Source: Tubulanus polymorphus (lineage: Eukaryota; Animalia; Nemertea). From it: 64,000 nt of DNA. The notes beneath the pieces are model-generated. The model was given only the letters and a program-made list of their open reading frames with translations, had not been told where the DNA came from and searched no databases. The position numbers and the translations under genes were made by a program. The stretch's first letter is position 1. Each line of letters opens with the position of its first letter. The DNA lies in contig NC_134026.1 of assembly GCF_964204645.1 (NCBI RefSeq), positions 28,244,150-28,308,149 of the forward strand, given 5' to 3'. Positions 1 to 11,761 of this stretch are shown here, one piece after another.

Positions 1-15
1 TTTTGCCCTGTTCAT
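1..15 (-). CDS. Possible start of a divergent gene running off the window (ATG AAC AGG GCA AAA = MNRAK...)
   Basis: The minus strand reads tttcag|...gccgccATG, a strong Kozak context after a plausible splice acceptor near 52. It lies head-to-head with MRPS26. Only 5 codons are visible. Confidence 0.3.
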
Positions 16-344
16 GGCGGCCCCGTTACCTCCGTAGACGATCAAGAAAATCTGAAACAAAAAAGCGTCATCTCCCTTATTCAAAAGTTTTCACACGGTA
101 ATCTTGGGAAACTCCTTTCACTAATGCGCCATCTTTGTGAATCGCCAGACACTAAAAACCTTACGCCATGCACGGACCCGCCAGTCTACCATACAAACTA
201 CGTGTAATTTTGCTTGTAACCAAACATTGTGTACTTCAAACCAGTGTCTTCGTAACCGTACTCCACACTGTACTAAATATCGAATTGTTCTCATTTTTGC
301 ATTTTGGTATTTATTTGCTATTTCTATGGTATTCTGAGAACGGG

Positions 345-1789
345 ATGTCAAGTTTAACGGGAAAATTCGTGTGCGAAACGTTAAATCAACGTCTAAAATT
401 TAAAACAGTGTTAAACACGTCCGTACGGTGGCGTAAACCGATGCACTTGCCGAGAGCTAAAACTAAATTTTTCGTCGTTAGAGAAGTTACCCCCGAGGAT
501 CCAGAGGAACGAGCACAGTTGAAAAAGTTGTACGATCATTACAGAACGTATATGAAGTCAATCGGGTGAGTAATCTGTAATCGTACGATGCGAAATGTTA
601 GTAGCAGAGAGCAGGGTGGACGAGGAGTCTTCCATACTGATCTGCCATCTGGGTCCAGTTCCACAGTTGTGAGTTAAGATTTAACCCTGGGTTAAAACAT
701 TGAAAATGAACTAACTTTAACTCTGAGTTAACTCTAACTCACAACTGTGGAACTGGGTCCTGGTCTTTTATATACACTTCATAGACTATGACTATACATT
801 GATTTCAATTCTGATATTCGGTTTCGCTATTATAGTCTAAAAATAGTCAATGAATCGCAAGTTATTCGAACTATAACAAAGGCGGATTAGGGTAGACTGC
901 CCCACCCCCTTAAAAATTGAAATGTGCCCTCCAAATCGTCTGGAAATTTTGTTCTCGCGAAGAAATTTTTTCAAATGATGAGATGATACCAAGTGGACCT
1001 AAATTTCTATGGAAGGTCCCCTGGACCAACACCAATGTTCGGGCTTGCAGCCTTGCATTGCCGAATTTGCCCTTCTCATATTTAGTGCCTATTCTAATTA
1101 TCAGGTCAACCCCTTTCAAATAATCCTAGATCCACCCTTTTAATAAGAGGTGACAATAAGTAACAATTTTTTATTTGAGGTTACACCTATCTGAAGAAAT
1201 TGCAGCACAAGAAAAGGAACAAGAATTTGGTTTAGCTGCTGCTGAAGATGAAGCTGAAGAGGCAAGACTGATGGAACTAAATGATTTATGGAACAATAAG
1301 ATAAAAACAGAAAGGTTAGAATGAGGGTGGAGAATCAAACACATTTAGTATAAAAAGGATACTTAAAAAGTGAGTTGTTTTCTTATTTCAGAGAAGTGCA
1401 ATTTGCGCATGACATTATTGATTTCTATAAAGACCGGCAAAAAAATTCAACGTGGTTCAATGAAAACTTAATCAAAAATGTTCAAGAAAAGGAAGATGAA
1501 GTCGACCTATTAAAGGTAGAGATAGTCAATGGATCATTACTGTTCTTACAGTATTCTTTGAAATATTGAATTTTTGAAATATTTCCTCGATTTTTTTTCG
1601 CAGGAGGATGCTGGTTCTTTCATTACAATGGAGACATTAGACGCTGAAATTGAGAAACTTTTGGACTCAGACCCAGTGTCTTATAATTTTGCCTTGGATA
1701 CTGATGGCTCTGTACTTGTTGATGACGTCAATAAACCATATCATAAACTGTCACCAGAAAATTCTCAAAATCTATCGATCCATAATTGA
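345..1789 (+). CDS. MRPS26: Mitochondrial ribosomal protein S26 (mS26), 4 exons: 345-565, 1180-1314, 1392-1515, 1604-1789
   Basis: GT-AG introns join in frame. The protein has a basic presequence-like N-terminus, then VRWRKPMHLPRAKTKFFVV...EERAQLKKLYDHYR, a coiled coil, and FITMETLDAEIEKLLDSDPVSYNFALD, matching recalled mS26 motifs. Confidence 0.85.
651..760. mobile_element. Short MITE-like element (family A) in MRPS26 intron 1
   Basis: Terminal inverted repeats ccagttccacagttgtgagtta / taactcacaactgtggaactgg. A related copy lies at about 25474-25571. Confidence 0.7.
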
Positions 1790-2309
1790 ATAAATCATCA
1801 AAATTGTCAGAAATGTACATAACAATAAAGAGTTCGTTATAATTAAAAGTTCTTTAGGGTTAATCGTTACAAAGGAGAATTTTCCGTTATTCGTTGAGCT
1901 TTGATGGACCAAGATTGATAGAATATGAGATATCGACGAATTCAAGTTCTGGAATTTCTCATTTGATGGCGCTTGTCAAACGGGAAATTGGAACCTAAAT
2001 CCGCAGTCAGATATTCATGACGCAATTTTTGAAATCGTTTCACTTAATATTAAATAATTCGATGAAACTTTATTAAGCGGTAATATCCAAACGGATTGAG
2101 ATACACAGAGTATACAGATAGAATATAAAAATAAAATAACGATACAATTGCTACTTAAAGGTATATGCAGGTAACAACCTCATTAGACTATAACTTTATA
2201 ATAATAAAAATAATAGCGTCATTCTCATTACAGACTCGTAACACTTTATATAAAACAGAATGAGCAATAAGATTATAATATAAAATGATACAAAGCCAAT
2301 AAAATATTT

Positions 2310-2850
2310 CAATTATAAGTTTCATTAAAAAAGTGAGTTTTTAGCCTCTTAAAAATGAATAGTGACTCGCTATCACAAATGGATTTCGGCAATGAATTCC
2401 ATAAAACAGGACGTGCATAGCTTAAAGATTTAGAGACAATATTCCTCCTAGGATTGACTTATTCAAACCTGAGCGTAGTTGACAGCGTGGAATGTATGGA
2501 GTTACAAATTCAGATAAATATTCAGGGGCCAGTTGCTCAAAAGTTGGTTAAAGATAACCGGCCATTAAATACCATAGTAACAATGAAATTTCAATTGTCA
2601 CCATATCAACTATCCACTGGTTAACTCTAACCAACTTTTCAGCAACCGGCCCCTGGTCATATAATATTCATTAATTGACTGCCATATTTTTCTTACTTTT
2701 ATATGAAAATTTTCATACTTTTATATGAAAATTTCACACTCAACTGTAATTAGTTAACTAGCTGTGTAGCAGCCAATAGACAATGTTGTAGAATACTTCA
2801 GACAATGTATATTCCCATAGTCTAACAGGATTGATAATTGCTTACCTATG
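2310..2850 (-). mobile_element. Degenerate L2-type LINE 3' end
   Basis: The minus strand translates to ...LLDYGNI..., YLSEFVTPYIPRCQLRS and KSLSYARPVLWNSLPKSICDSESLFIFKRLKTHFF, the typical L2 ORF2 C-terminus (PxLWNSLP...FK..LKTHLF). It is broken by stops and by a MITE. Confidence 0.7.
2523..2655. mobile_element. MITE-like element (family B) inserted in the L2 relic
   Basis: TIRs caggggccagttgctcaaaagttggtta / taaccaacttttcagcaaccggcccctg. A second copy in the opposite orientation lies at about 31013-31135. Confidence 0.75.
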
Positions 2851-3794
2851 AAACAAACCGCAAATTTTTACTGCCGCCAAATATTTATTCATGAGCTTAA
2901 ATCAAAAAGCATTATGGGATTATGCATATTTTCAGATAAAAGAAAGAGAAAGAAATGATAATAAAAATGGGCTGAGGGTTTTAAGAAAAAAAGAATAAAA
3001 TAGAAAGAGCAGACATCAATAAGCCGCATACGTCTTAAACACAGCCGAGGCTGGTTTACAGTAATACAAAATATGATAAATCTAAGAGAAGAATACCAAT
3101 CTAAACATGCAGTTATTTGCATTTAAAATCTAGTAATTTCTTTCAGATAACTTTTAAAATGATTTCATGGCAAATGATCGTTTTACTAAAAGTAAGACCT
3201 TGCCTGGGGTAACACCCATAAATAGTATACTACAGACCTAGCACCAATAAACCATTTTAACATCATCAATTTTCGGCAAGGTACATAAACAACAATTTAG
3301 TTATAGCTCATATGTTTATCGGTCTAGATTTAACGTACAAAGGGGAAAGTGGAGTACGATGACTATGGGGGTGAGATGCCTAATTTTCGCTGGAAGACAT
3401 CAATTATTCAGCTCTACTGAGACCTATCATCCATGTAAATCACATCACATTAAAATTATCTACAAAAATACTTGTTTCTACTATTGCAAGTTAATGCATC
3501 GGTTAAGAATGGTGAATCAGAAGACAACTTAAATTGCCATCATTCTAATACTTGACTAAAGCCCTACAGTGAAATAGTCTGAACTATCTGAACTTAGTGT
3601 TTAAGACGTTTGCCGCTGCGACCGGGGCCATGTTCCAGACATGTGGCCGTTTCAGATCCCTACCCCGTATTTTGGATACAATGTAAATATTTTCTGGTCT
3701 CAGCTGATATGTTTTACCTGAGGTTTACTGTATGGTAAAACCATACGGGTAAGCAGGTCTGTTTATGACGACAAGATTTCAATAAAAGTTTTGA

Positions 3795-5074
3795 TCAATC
3801 AGATTTGATTCCAGCTGCCTCCCTTTCTGCTGCATCAATGGCGCCCATATTCAGACTGGCTGCGTACAAGTGAATTAGGCTGATACCAGTTTTAACTATC
3901 GCAACTGGGGCCGACAAAACACACAGCACTTGCCAGAGTCCAATTCCAAACACTATAATTACATGAACAAAGATTTAGATGATTAAAAAAATTGCAAAAA
4001 AGTTCATTATACATAATGTGCTAATATTGATACTTACAGGCTGGCCCAATAGTGAAATGACACAAATATAACATACTGAAAAACATCTCATTACCAGCAC
4101 ACATTGTGAAGAGAAAAGACTGAAATTATGAATCATTAAGTTTTCATCATTATCAAATAATTTCAAGAAGTTTGTTTGAATGAATACAGAGATTACATAC
4201 CCAAGATGTGTAGTACAATCTCAGGACAGGGTTTCTTTCCAGATCAATACATTTGTGATTCGTTGAACCTTTCATAGTAGACCTGAAAAATGAAGAGATT
4301 ACAAGCATTCATTTCATAATTCATTCATTTTATGATACATTACAGATGAACCCTGATGCTTTTTTTAATTGGAAACCTTGACATTAATAGTGTTTGAAAG
4401 TTAATCCTATGGGAGATCTAAGAATAGCTACTTTGTTTCATACAACTTACGCATGTAAATGAAGCCAATGACTGGCAATATCAATAGTCATATTCAGTTG
4501 GAAAAGGAACATCCAACTAGGATAGAAACTTGACAACACTACCAGTAAGCACATATTAGCGCATCTATCTGTCAGCATATCTAACATTTCTCCAAACTTT
4601 GTCTCTGAAATAGAAAAAAAAGAAATATAGGCCTGTCAATTATTCTAAAGCATTATAAAACCAAAAAGGTTCTTTCACTAAGACATCTTTTTTTAGAGTT
4701 TACCTTGATTCATCATCCGAGCCGCGCGACCATCAAATTCATCAAGAAGAGCACTGATTGCGTAACACCAAACAGCTGTCACATAGTCAGTCGCCATAAA
4801 CCAAAATGAAACCAGTGCCAAAAATATTCTGACGTATCCTTAGGGGTGACAGAAAGTCAAAAATCAATAAACGCAACATGTCAATGAAGGATCATTGAAG
4901 TGTAAGCAAACACTTCCTTCATTCAGAATATATCATAAATTAAAGAAAATTAAGAAGGCAATTATTCTGAATAATAAGAGGAAAAACTTAATTAGCAACT
5001 GTAACTTAACACCATCAACAACCGTCCAACTCACCTATTAAATTAGGAACGAAAAGAAATATATTTTCAGACAT
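3795..5074 (-). CDS. CDIPT: CDP-diacylglycerol--inositol 3-phosphatidyltransferase, diverged paralog (copy 1), 6 exons: 5074-5035, 4838-4704, 4604-4451, 4282-4201, 4119-4038, 3952-3795; 216 aa
   Basis: Intact spliced ORF: MSENIFLFVPNLIGYVRI...LLDEFDGRAARMMNQETKFGEMLDMLTDRC...CAGNE. It carries the CDP-alcohol phosphotransferase motif DxxDGxxAR...GxxxDxxxD. Confidence 0.9.
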
Positions 5075-5563
5075 ATTTTGCCAGTGAAATTTTTTTCAGC
5101 GGATTCCGAATTTATGATGAACGTTAAGACAGGAATAAGATATGCAACGAAACACAAATTTCTGACAATAATATAACAAGAAAGGAAAAACCTAATAGGC
5201 CAAGATTACAATTTTTTACTTCCGGGTGACTCGAGTATTATATCTCAGCCAGGGTCAGGGAGTTCATGTACAATAAGATTGCATAGTAACTGTAAAGGGG
5301 CTCAAAACACATCCCTATTTCAAACCCAAGACGAATTGGTTGTTGAACCATAAAAGTAATCTTAGTAGTGTTGTAAGCTAGTTAATTGTACACGATGAAT
5401 AATAGCCTCGACCGGAAAGTGCTGCCACCACATCGGTAAGCTACTGGCTCTGGCAAGCGATCTCACTTCCACAGCACTTAGCCCAAGGTCGTTGACCCAA
5501 AGAAAAATAAAATTATCCTACGAATTTCGATTTGCCTATCCTCGTTGCTCCCGCGAGGCAGAC
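5075..5563. promoter_or_regulatory. Bidirectional promoter between CDIPT copy 1 and TUBD1
   Basis: The start codons are head-to-head, about 490 bp apart. There is an ETS-type acttccgg at about 5218 and an X-box-like gattgcatagtaac at about 5277. Confidence 0.55.
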
Positions 5564-7243
5564 ATGTCACTAGTGACAATTCAAGTTGGTCAGTGTGGGA
5601 ACCAGATTGGTAGTCAGCTTTTTTCTACGATCGCTGACGATATGTTGATGAAAAACCCCGGTATCAGTGCATCAAGCAATGACAATTACATCCAACAAGC
5701 TCAGAGAACTTTCTTCAATACGTCTATCATAAGTGGACCCACGGAAAATCAGGAATCATTGAAAGCTCGAGCTGTTATGGTTGACATGGAACCAAAAGTT
5801 ATCGCGCAAGTTCAAGAGGAAGCTAAAATGTCGAAAGTTTGGTCGTATTCGGAGCGGCAACAGTTTTGTCACAAGCGAGGTTCCGGAAATAATTGGGCAC
5901 ACGGTTTCTGTACGCACGGTCCGCAGGCGAGAGAAATAATTTTGAATTTGGTCCAGTCCGAAGTGGAGAAATGTGACTATTTTGGCGGATTTTTGAACAT
6001 TATGAGTTTAGCTGGTGGAACCGGTTCGGGTGTAGGGACATATTTAACGCGGACGCTTCGCGATGAATTCCCTCATTCGTTTATCCTCAATCAGGTCGTC
6101 GGTCCGTACAACACTGGAGAGGTTATTGTACAGAACTACAACGCTGTATTATCGTTAGCTCATCTCTATAGTTCATCAGACGCTATTCTGTGCCTTGAAA
6201 ACGACGTTCTGCATAAAATCTGCGCTCAGTTACTCAATATTAAGAATATTTCGTTCAGAGATATGAATAAAGTGATCTCGCACGCAGTGGCTAGTATTCT
6301 ACAGCCGGCCAGATCTTACGAGAATAACTACTTCATTCGTAATCCACTTGGTAAGAAATACGGTACTAAAACATGTATTACAATTATTACAGTAGATTAG
6401 AACCCGCTTGATTCAGCTCATTTGGGACTGATGAAATTCATCCAGTTTTTGAAATTCCCGGTTAAACATCACATTTTACATACATTGATGATGTAAATGG
6501 ATAGACCGGAAGTTGATTTACCGGCAACTGATCCGAATTAAGAGCGTTTATGCAACGGGTAATGAGTAGTGATGATAAATCATTCATATTTAATGGATAC
6601 CATTTTTTGTTGCAGCATCAATAATGGAAGATCTTGTGTCGCATCCCGGATATAAACTATTGTCTCTACGCACAATTCCAATGATGTCTGATCATTCAGT
6701 AGAGTTTAGTACATTCCAGTGGTACAGTTTGATTAAACACCTACGACAGATGCTCATTGCTAATGCCCAAATGGAGGAAGGTAAATCGAATAATATGGAA
6801 TTTACGAACAAATATTATCTAGACAAATCATAAGCTGTTGTATTTGATGTCCTTTGATAGGTATTGACTGGCAAGTACAAGTTAATTCCATGTATAATCG
6901 ATGTATTGGGAATCTCCTAGTTCTGAGGGGAAAAGAAATTGAATCTGCAAACATTTCAAGTTTTCGTGATAAAAGACTGTACTCGTCTTGGGTGCCTGAC
7001 TCTTGTGCCCTCACGATATGGAAACAACAAAGACAGCTGAGAAAGTACGAGAAATCTGCCACATTATTAAGTAACTGTCAGGCTTCAGCTAAAGCGTTAG
7101 ATAATATGGTTGGAAAAGCGTGGTCGATGTTCAGTTCAAGAGCTTATATTCATCATTATCTACGACATGGAATCAGTGAAGATGATTTTGTAGATTGTTT
7201 CGCTGGTTTAGAACAAGTTATTAAGAATTATAAAGAAATATGA
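5564..7243 (+). CDS. TUBD1: Delta-tubulin, 3 exons: 5564-6350, 6616-6780, 6861-7243
   Basis: Motifs [36 protein letters not shown] and [10 protein letters not shown], plus the delta-type C-terminus [15 protein letters not shown] with no acidic tail. Confidence 0.92.
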
Positions 7244-8019
7244 GATCGATCAAAAATATATTATATTCAAATAGTCTTTCAGAGAGTGCTAAATAAACCA
7301 GATATGCATTTATTCACATGCAACAACAATATCAACGTTAGTTTTTATGCCTTTCTTGAGATACGATGTAGTTCATTTCCAAATGCAGGTCCTTTCACAT
7401 TCAAAAACAAATGAATACATATAATTCAACAGTATATTTAGGTTTATTGAATGATCGTCTCGATATAAAACAACTTCATGGATCACAAACAACAACCTGG
7501 ATGGAATACGTACTGTAGATATAAATAAAATTCATATGAATTTTTGATATAAATCCTAACTATAATTAAAATATAGAAATTTAATTTCTTTGTCAAATAT
7601 TTCATATCACAGATTCATGTTTAGCCATACAAGGTATACTTTTACACTGTTAAGTAAAAATATTCCGAGCGTACCAAAAAATTACTAAGTATAAAATTAT
7701 ATTTTTCTGAAAAACACGTACTTCTTAACATGAATATACTCGCATGTTTCACGCATGATAAATTGAGTGAACACCTAAATTAACAAAAAGCAGCTCTTCT
7801 ATAACGTATCGGCAGTAATTATTCTAATCGCACTGTACAAAACTATATTAAAACTATATTAAACTATATTATAAACTATAAGCCACAATTCAGATGTGTA
7901 CAATATCAACCAGCTACAGATTCAACTCCTAAATCATCGCTAGTTTTACGGACGGTACATTGAACAGTCGAGGACTGCTGCACTGTATACTTAGCTCTTG
8001 AAACACGCACATGACTTCT

Positions 8020-10762
8020 TCATTCCAAACTAAAAATAGAGGAATAAATGTTGAATGAACTGCTACTGAAAACGACAACATAGCGAAAAGATAAACTCCA
8101 ACTTACGATTTCATTGTAAACTTCTTTTCCGAGAATGCACGAATTCTAAACATTGCAGAATCGTTTGGATTGAAAGTGGACGGAATGAGTACGTAATGAC
8201 CGGGCTCTAGTTCAAATCTAGCACTGACTTCCCTATAGTTGATGTAAACTCCTGATTTTCCTGAATCGTAATTGTAACGGAAATGCTTACCTGGTAACCG
8301 AGAATCGGGTTTTTTTGTCTGTAATCAAAATATGAGATGAGTAGGTTTTTCTTACTGAGATTTGTCTCAAAATAGAAAGCATCAGCTCGAATAAACTCAC
8401 TCTATAAAGAACGAAGCCTATTTGTAAAAGTGACCGAGCTGGAGATTTTCCTCTCTGGAATTTCGGTAACTGCATCAAACATATTACAATGCTACATTTG
8501 CCTTCAGTATCAGGATCATCTTCATCAACATCAAAATCATCTACGTATCAAAACGTAATATAAGAAACATTGAAACTGATTAGAAGAATTTTTCACGATT
8601 TGTTATAGCCGCTCACCTGGTTCTTCCAGACTAATCAGAAATTGAGGATTCGTTGCGAATTTCTGTAAGTCATTACGGGAACCACCAGCGCTTTCTTCAG
8701 ACACCCATTTACCATTTGTCATAAGGACACAACCTATCAAATCCATACCTAGACTTTCACTTACAAGCTACAGATATCATACATACATTTATATACCAGA
8801 TATATGTGTAATACATACCAGCCTTATCTGAGACACCATCTCCATCATAATCCGGTCCTATTGTGCAGATAGTCACTTCAGTGAAATGTTTACAAAAATC
8901 TTTATAGCTCATCCAGAATTCCCCATCGGGTTTTCTATTGAAATTCATTCTATTTTTAGTGTCGTCATCCACCCATTTCCAATTGGAATCTCTGAAAGAA
9001 GAAAACATCAGTTTGCTATCAGTACTTAGATTTGTAATTGAGATGCTAAAATAATAGCATAACACATACTTATCACTCCATGAGCCTTTCCATTCGGTCC
9101 CATCACCCCAAGGATTTCTGATTCGCACCAGTTTAACTTCACCTTTTTGATGTCTAATCTGAAAGTTTGTTACCATCATTAAAAAGAATATACTTTTAGC
9201 ATGTGAGAATATATATTCACTAATAACTGTACTTACCTTTAATACATTTGTGAGGGTGTAAGCATGACCAGAAACTAGACCATTTGCATCAGCCTCATTG
9301 GAATTTCTCCAATCGCCCTGGAAATATTGCATAGATTATGAGTTCTGTAATTAAAAACATGATAATATTTATTACGGTTTATCCCCGATAGTGGTTTTGA
9401 GCCGTTTACTTTTTTGGAACAGGCTATGAAAGCGCCGGATCTATAAGCTTTCTGTATGTGACCAAACATAGTATAATCAGATGAGTTTAATTCGTAACGT
9501 TCCGCGAGACCACCCGTTAAATCAACTAGAGCATCCATAGTCTGACCACCTTCTATCGCTTCATAACAACCATGAAGTCTACAATAGAGAATTTTATGAC
9601 GCTATTTCAAAATTGTTAACAAGACAGCAAGTAGTCAACTCCCGGTTATCCACCAAGTAAAAGCTAAGACCCGAATTAATTACTGGTAATACTTTAAGCT
9701 TTATTCGACTTACTTCGCATACGCTTTCTCGAGAAGAGCGATCCAGAATTCAGCAGGATTTAGACAATGAGCAAATATGAGATGACCGTGTTTCGTTGGA
9801 AGTCTATCATCGATAAAGACATCCATCCATTTACCAAAACGCCAAAATCGAAAATGCACCACGCCATTGTAATCCTTACCACACAGAGGCTGATCATAAG
9901 GTATAATCTATAAATGTATAAAGATTGGAGTTAATATCTGCGTAAATATTAGTAAGAACGAAACATACATCATCATCATTACCTTTTGCATGAATTTCGG
10001 TTTTTGTGAGACAGCCGCACAAGCAGAGAGAAACCAACAATCGCCAACACTCCCTTGCATGATATCATCTCTAGATACTCCTTCACTCAATAACCTCGCA
10101 GTTTGATGCGCACCAGTAATATCCTGTTCAAATTCATCTCATTGACGTTAAATTTTTTGTAGATATGCTTCTAACATATTTACATTTTCCAACATTTTAC
10201 ATATTCATTACATGTGCAATGTAAGCCCCCAGCCCATCGGTGGATATACAATTAACGCTCTAACCCGTTTACCTTTGGTCTCAGCCATTCAATGCCTTGC
10301 TCTTCCCACATACCCTCAATATAAGATAAAGAGGATACATCAGCAGGAAAGTCTGGATCGCAGTATAATTCATCAGGACCGAGTAAACTCAACAACTCAT
10401 TAATCTTATTCTTACTCTGAAATTAATAATATAGCTCTATCAGTATAACACATAGTCCTAGAAAGGGCTTGTACGTTAATGCCAACATAATGAAAATTAA
10501 GTCGAATATCTACATGAATGTGATTAAGAGCTTCGTCCAATTCATCGTAATAATCATCGACATTTCTATCCAGCCAGGATCTTCGCGTAGATGATGAATT
10601 TGAATTGAATGTAGCTGGTAAATCTCCAGCTGTTCCAACATCCCATTTATTCATTTCATTAGACGACATGTTAACATCGTTGTGTTGTATTGAGGTTTTA
10701 GGTTCATCTCGCGTCCATTCCGTCCCAAATGCATTATTCATATTACTAGCACTGCAGCCCAT
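8020..10762 (-). CDS. Atypical calpain (CysPc + C2-like domain III, no penta-EF-hand), about 11 exons, N-terminal MGC acylation motif
   Basis: Catalytic triad in [19 protein letters not shown] and RIRNPWG. Domain III motifs ([42 protein letters not shown]) are followed by ...KKFTMKSLE* (final mini-exon 8029-8020). Confidence 0.88.
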
Positions 10763-11761
10763 ATTTTCCGAGCAGCATCACTACTGGTTTCATCGGTTCT
10801 GTGTGACGTGATTAAGTGGTTGGCGTATTGAAATTCAGCCAGTTGTTTGTCTGGAAAATGCAAATCAAGGCTAATAACACAAATAATGCGAGGAAAATGG
10901 CATGTGAATCTTGGTTATAAGGTTAGGCTTACAACAATTACAAGGCTAACACAAGTTCGAGTTGTATCTTATACCTGTCAGTGTGGCATGGCACTGGCAG
11001 GTCTTTTGCAGGACCCAGCTATAGGACGCTCTCATCTATTTTCAAATGTGAGGTGCAATCGCTCAATTTTTGAATAAATATTTCATGTAGCTAGCCTCCC
11101 TAATTGACCAGCGCACCGACAGGCAGCTTAACTAATACACACGATAAATTACCCGGTACTAAAAAATTCGTTTACCATAACAACTTGACAAGTCTTGTTG
11201 CAGTAAATAGAAAATTTTAAACCGAAACTAATTGTTCATTATTCATCACAAATCTCCATTTTATTCCATTTTGAAGAAGACAAATCAATTTCAAAATTAT
11301 TTTGAATGAAATAGGCCATCTTAAAACGATGAATGTTCCACGTTTATCGAGATGTTTACAGTTTAAATGATTAATGGCTCAAAACGTTTCTTTCGATAAT
11401 TAGTTAATCGTGAATCCATCGCTCACTTTTGACAGGTCATTGTTTACTTCCGGTTTTCATTTCCGGGTTTCTGTCAAAAAATTTTGTCTTCATCTACAAT
11501 CATTGGGTAAGCACCCCCTAACGCTAATTTATAGGTAGTTTTCTAACGAGCACTTCAATTTATTCTATCCACAACCCCTTAAGCAATTTTTGACTGTGTG
11601 TCTATTCATTTTAATCCTTCGACTTCAGCTTAGGCTAATTCAACTTTACTATTTTAGTTTGATCTATCTATCAAGTATCATCACACCACATAATCTGATA
11701 GTTATCTTATTTTTCTCGGATGGAAAAGACTCCACATGCAGAGAACTAGAGACTTTAAGAA

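Noticed and set aside
3340-3570. Possible DNA-transposon terminal relic (ggggaaagtggagtacgatg...)
   Set aside because: No convincing partner TIR or TSD could be identified by eye.
5492-5563. N-terminal extension of TUBD1 in the ORF track
   Set aside because: It begins at TTG. The true tubulin start [12 protein letters not shown] is at 5564. The same artefact affects many track ORFs.
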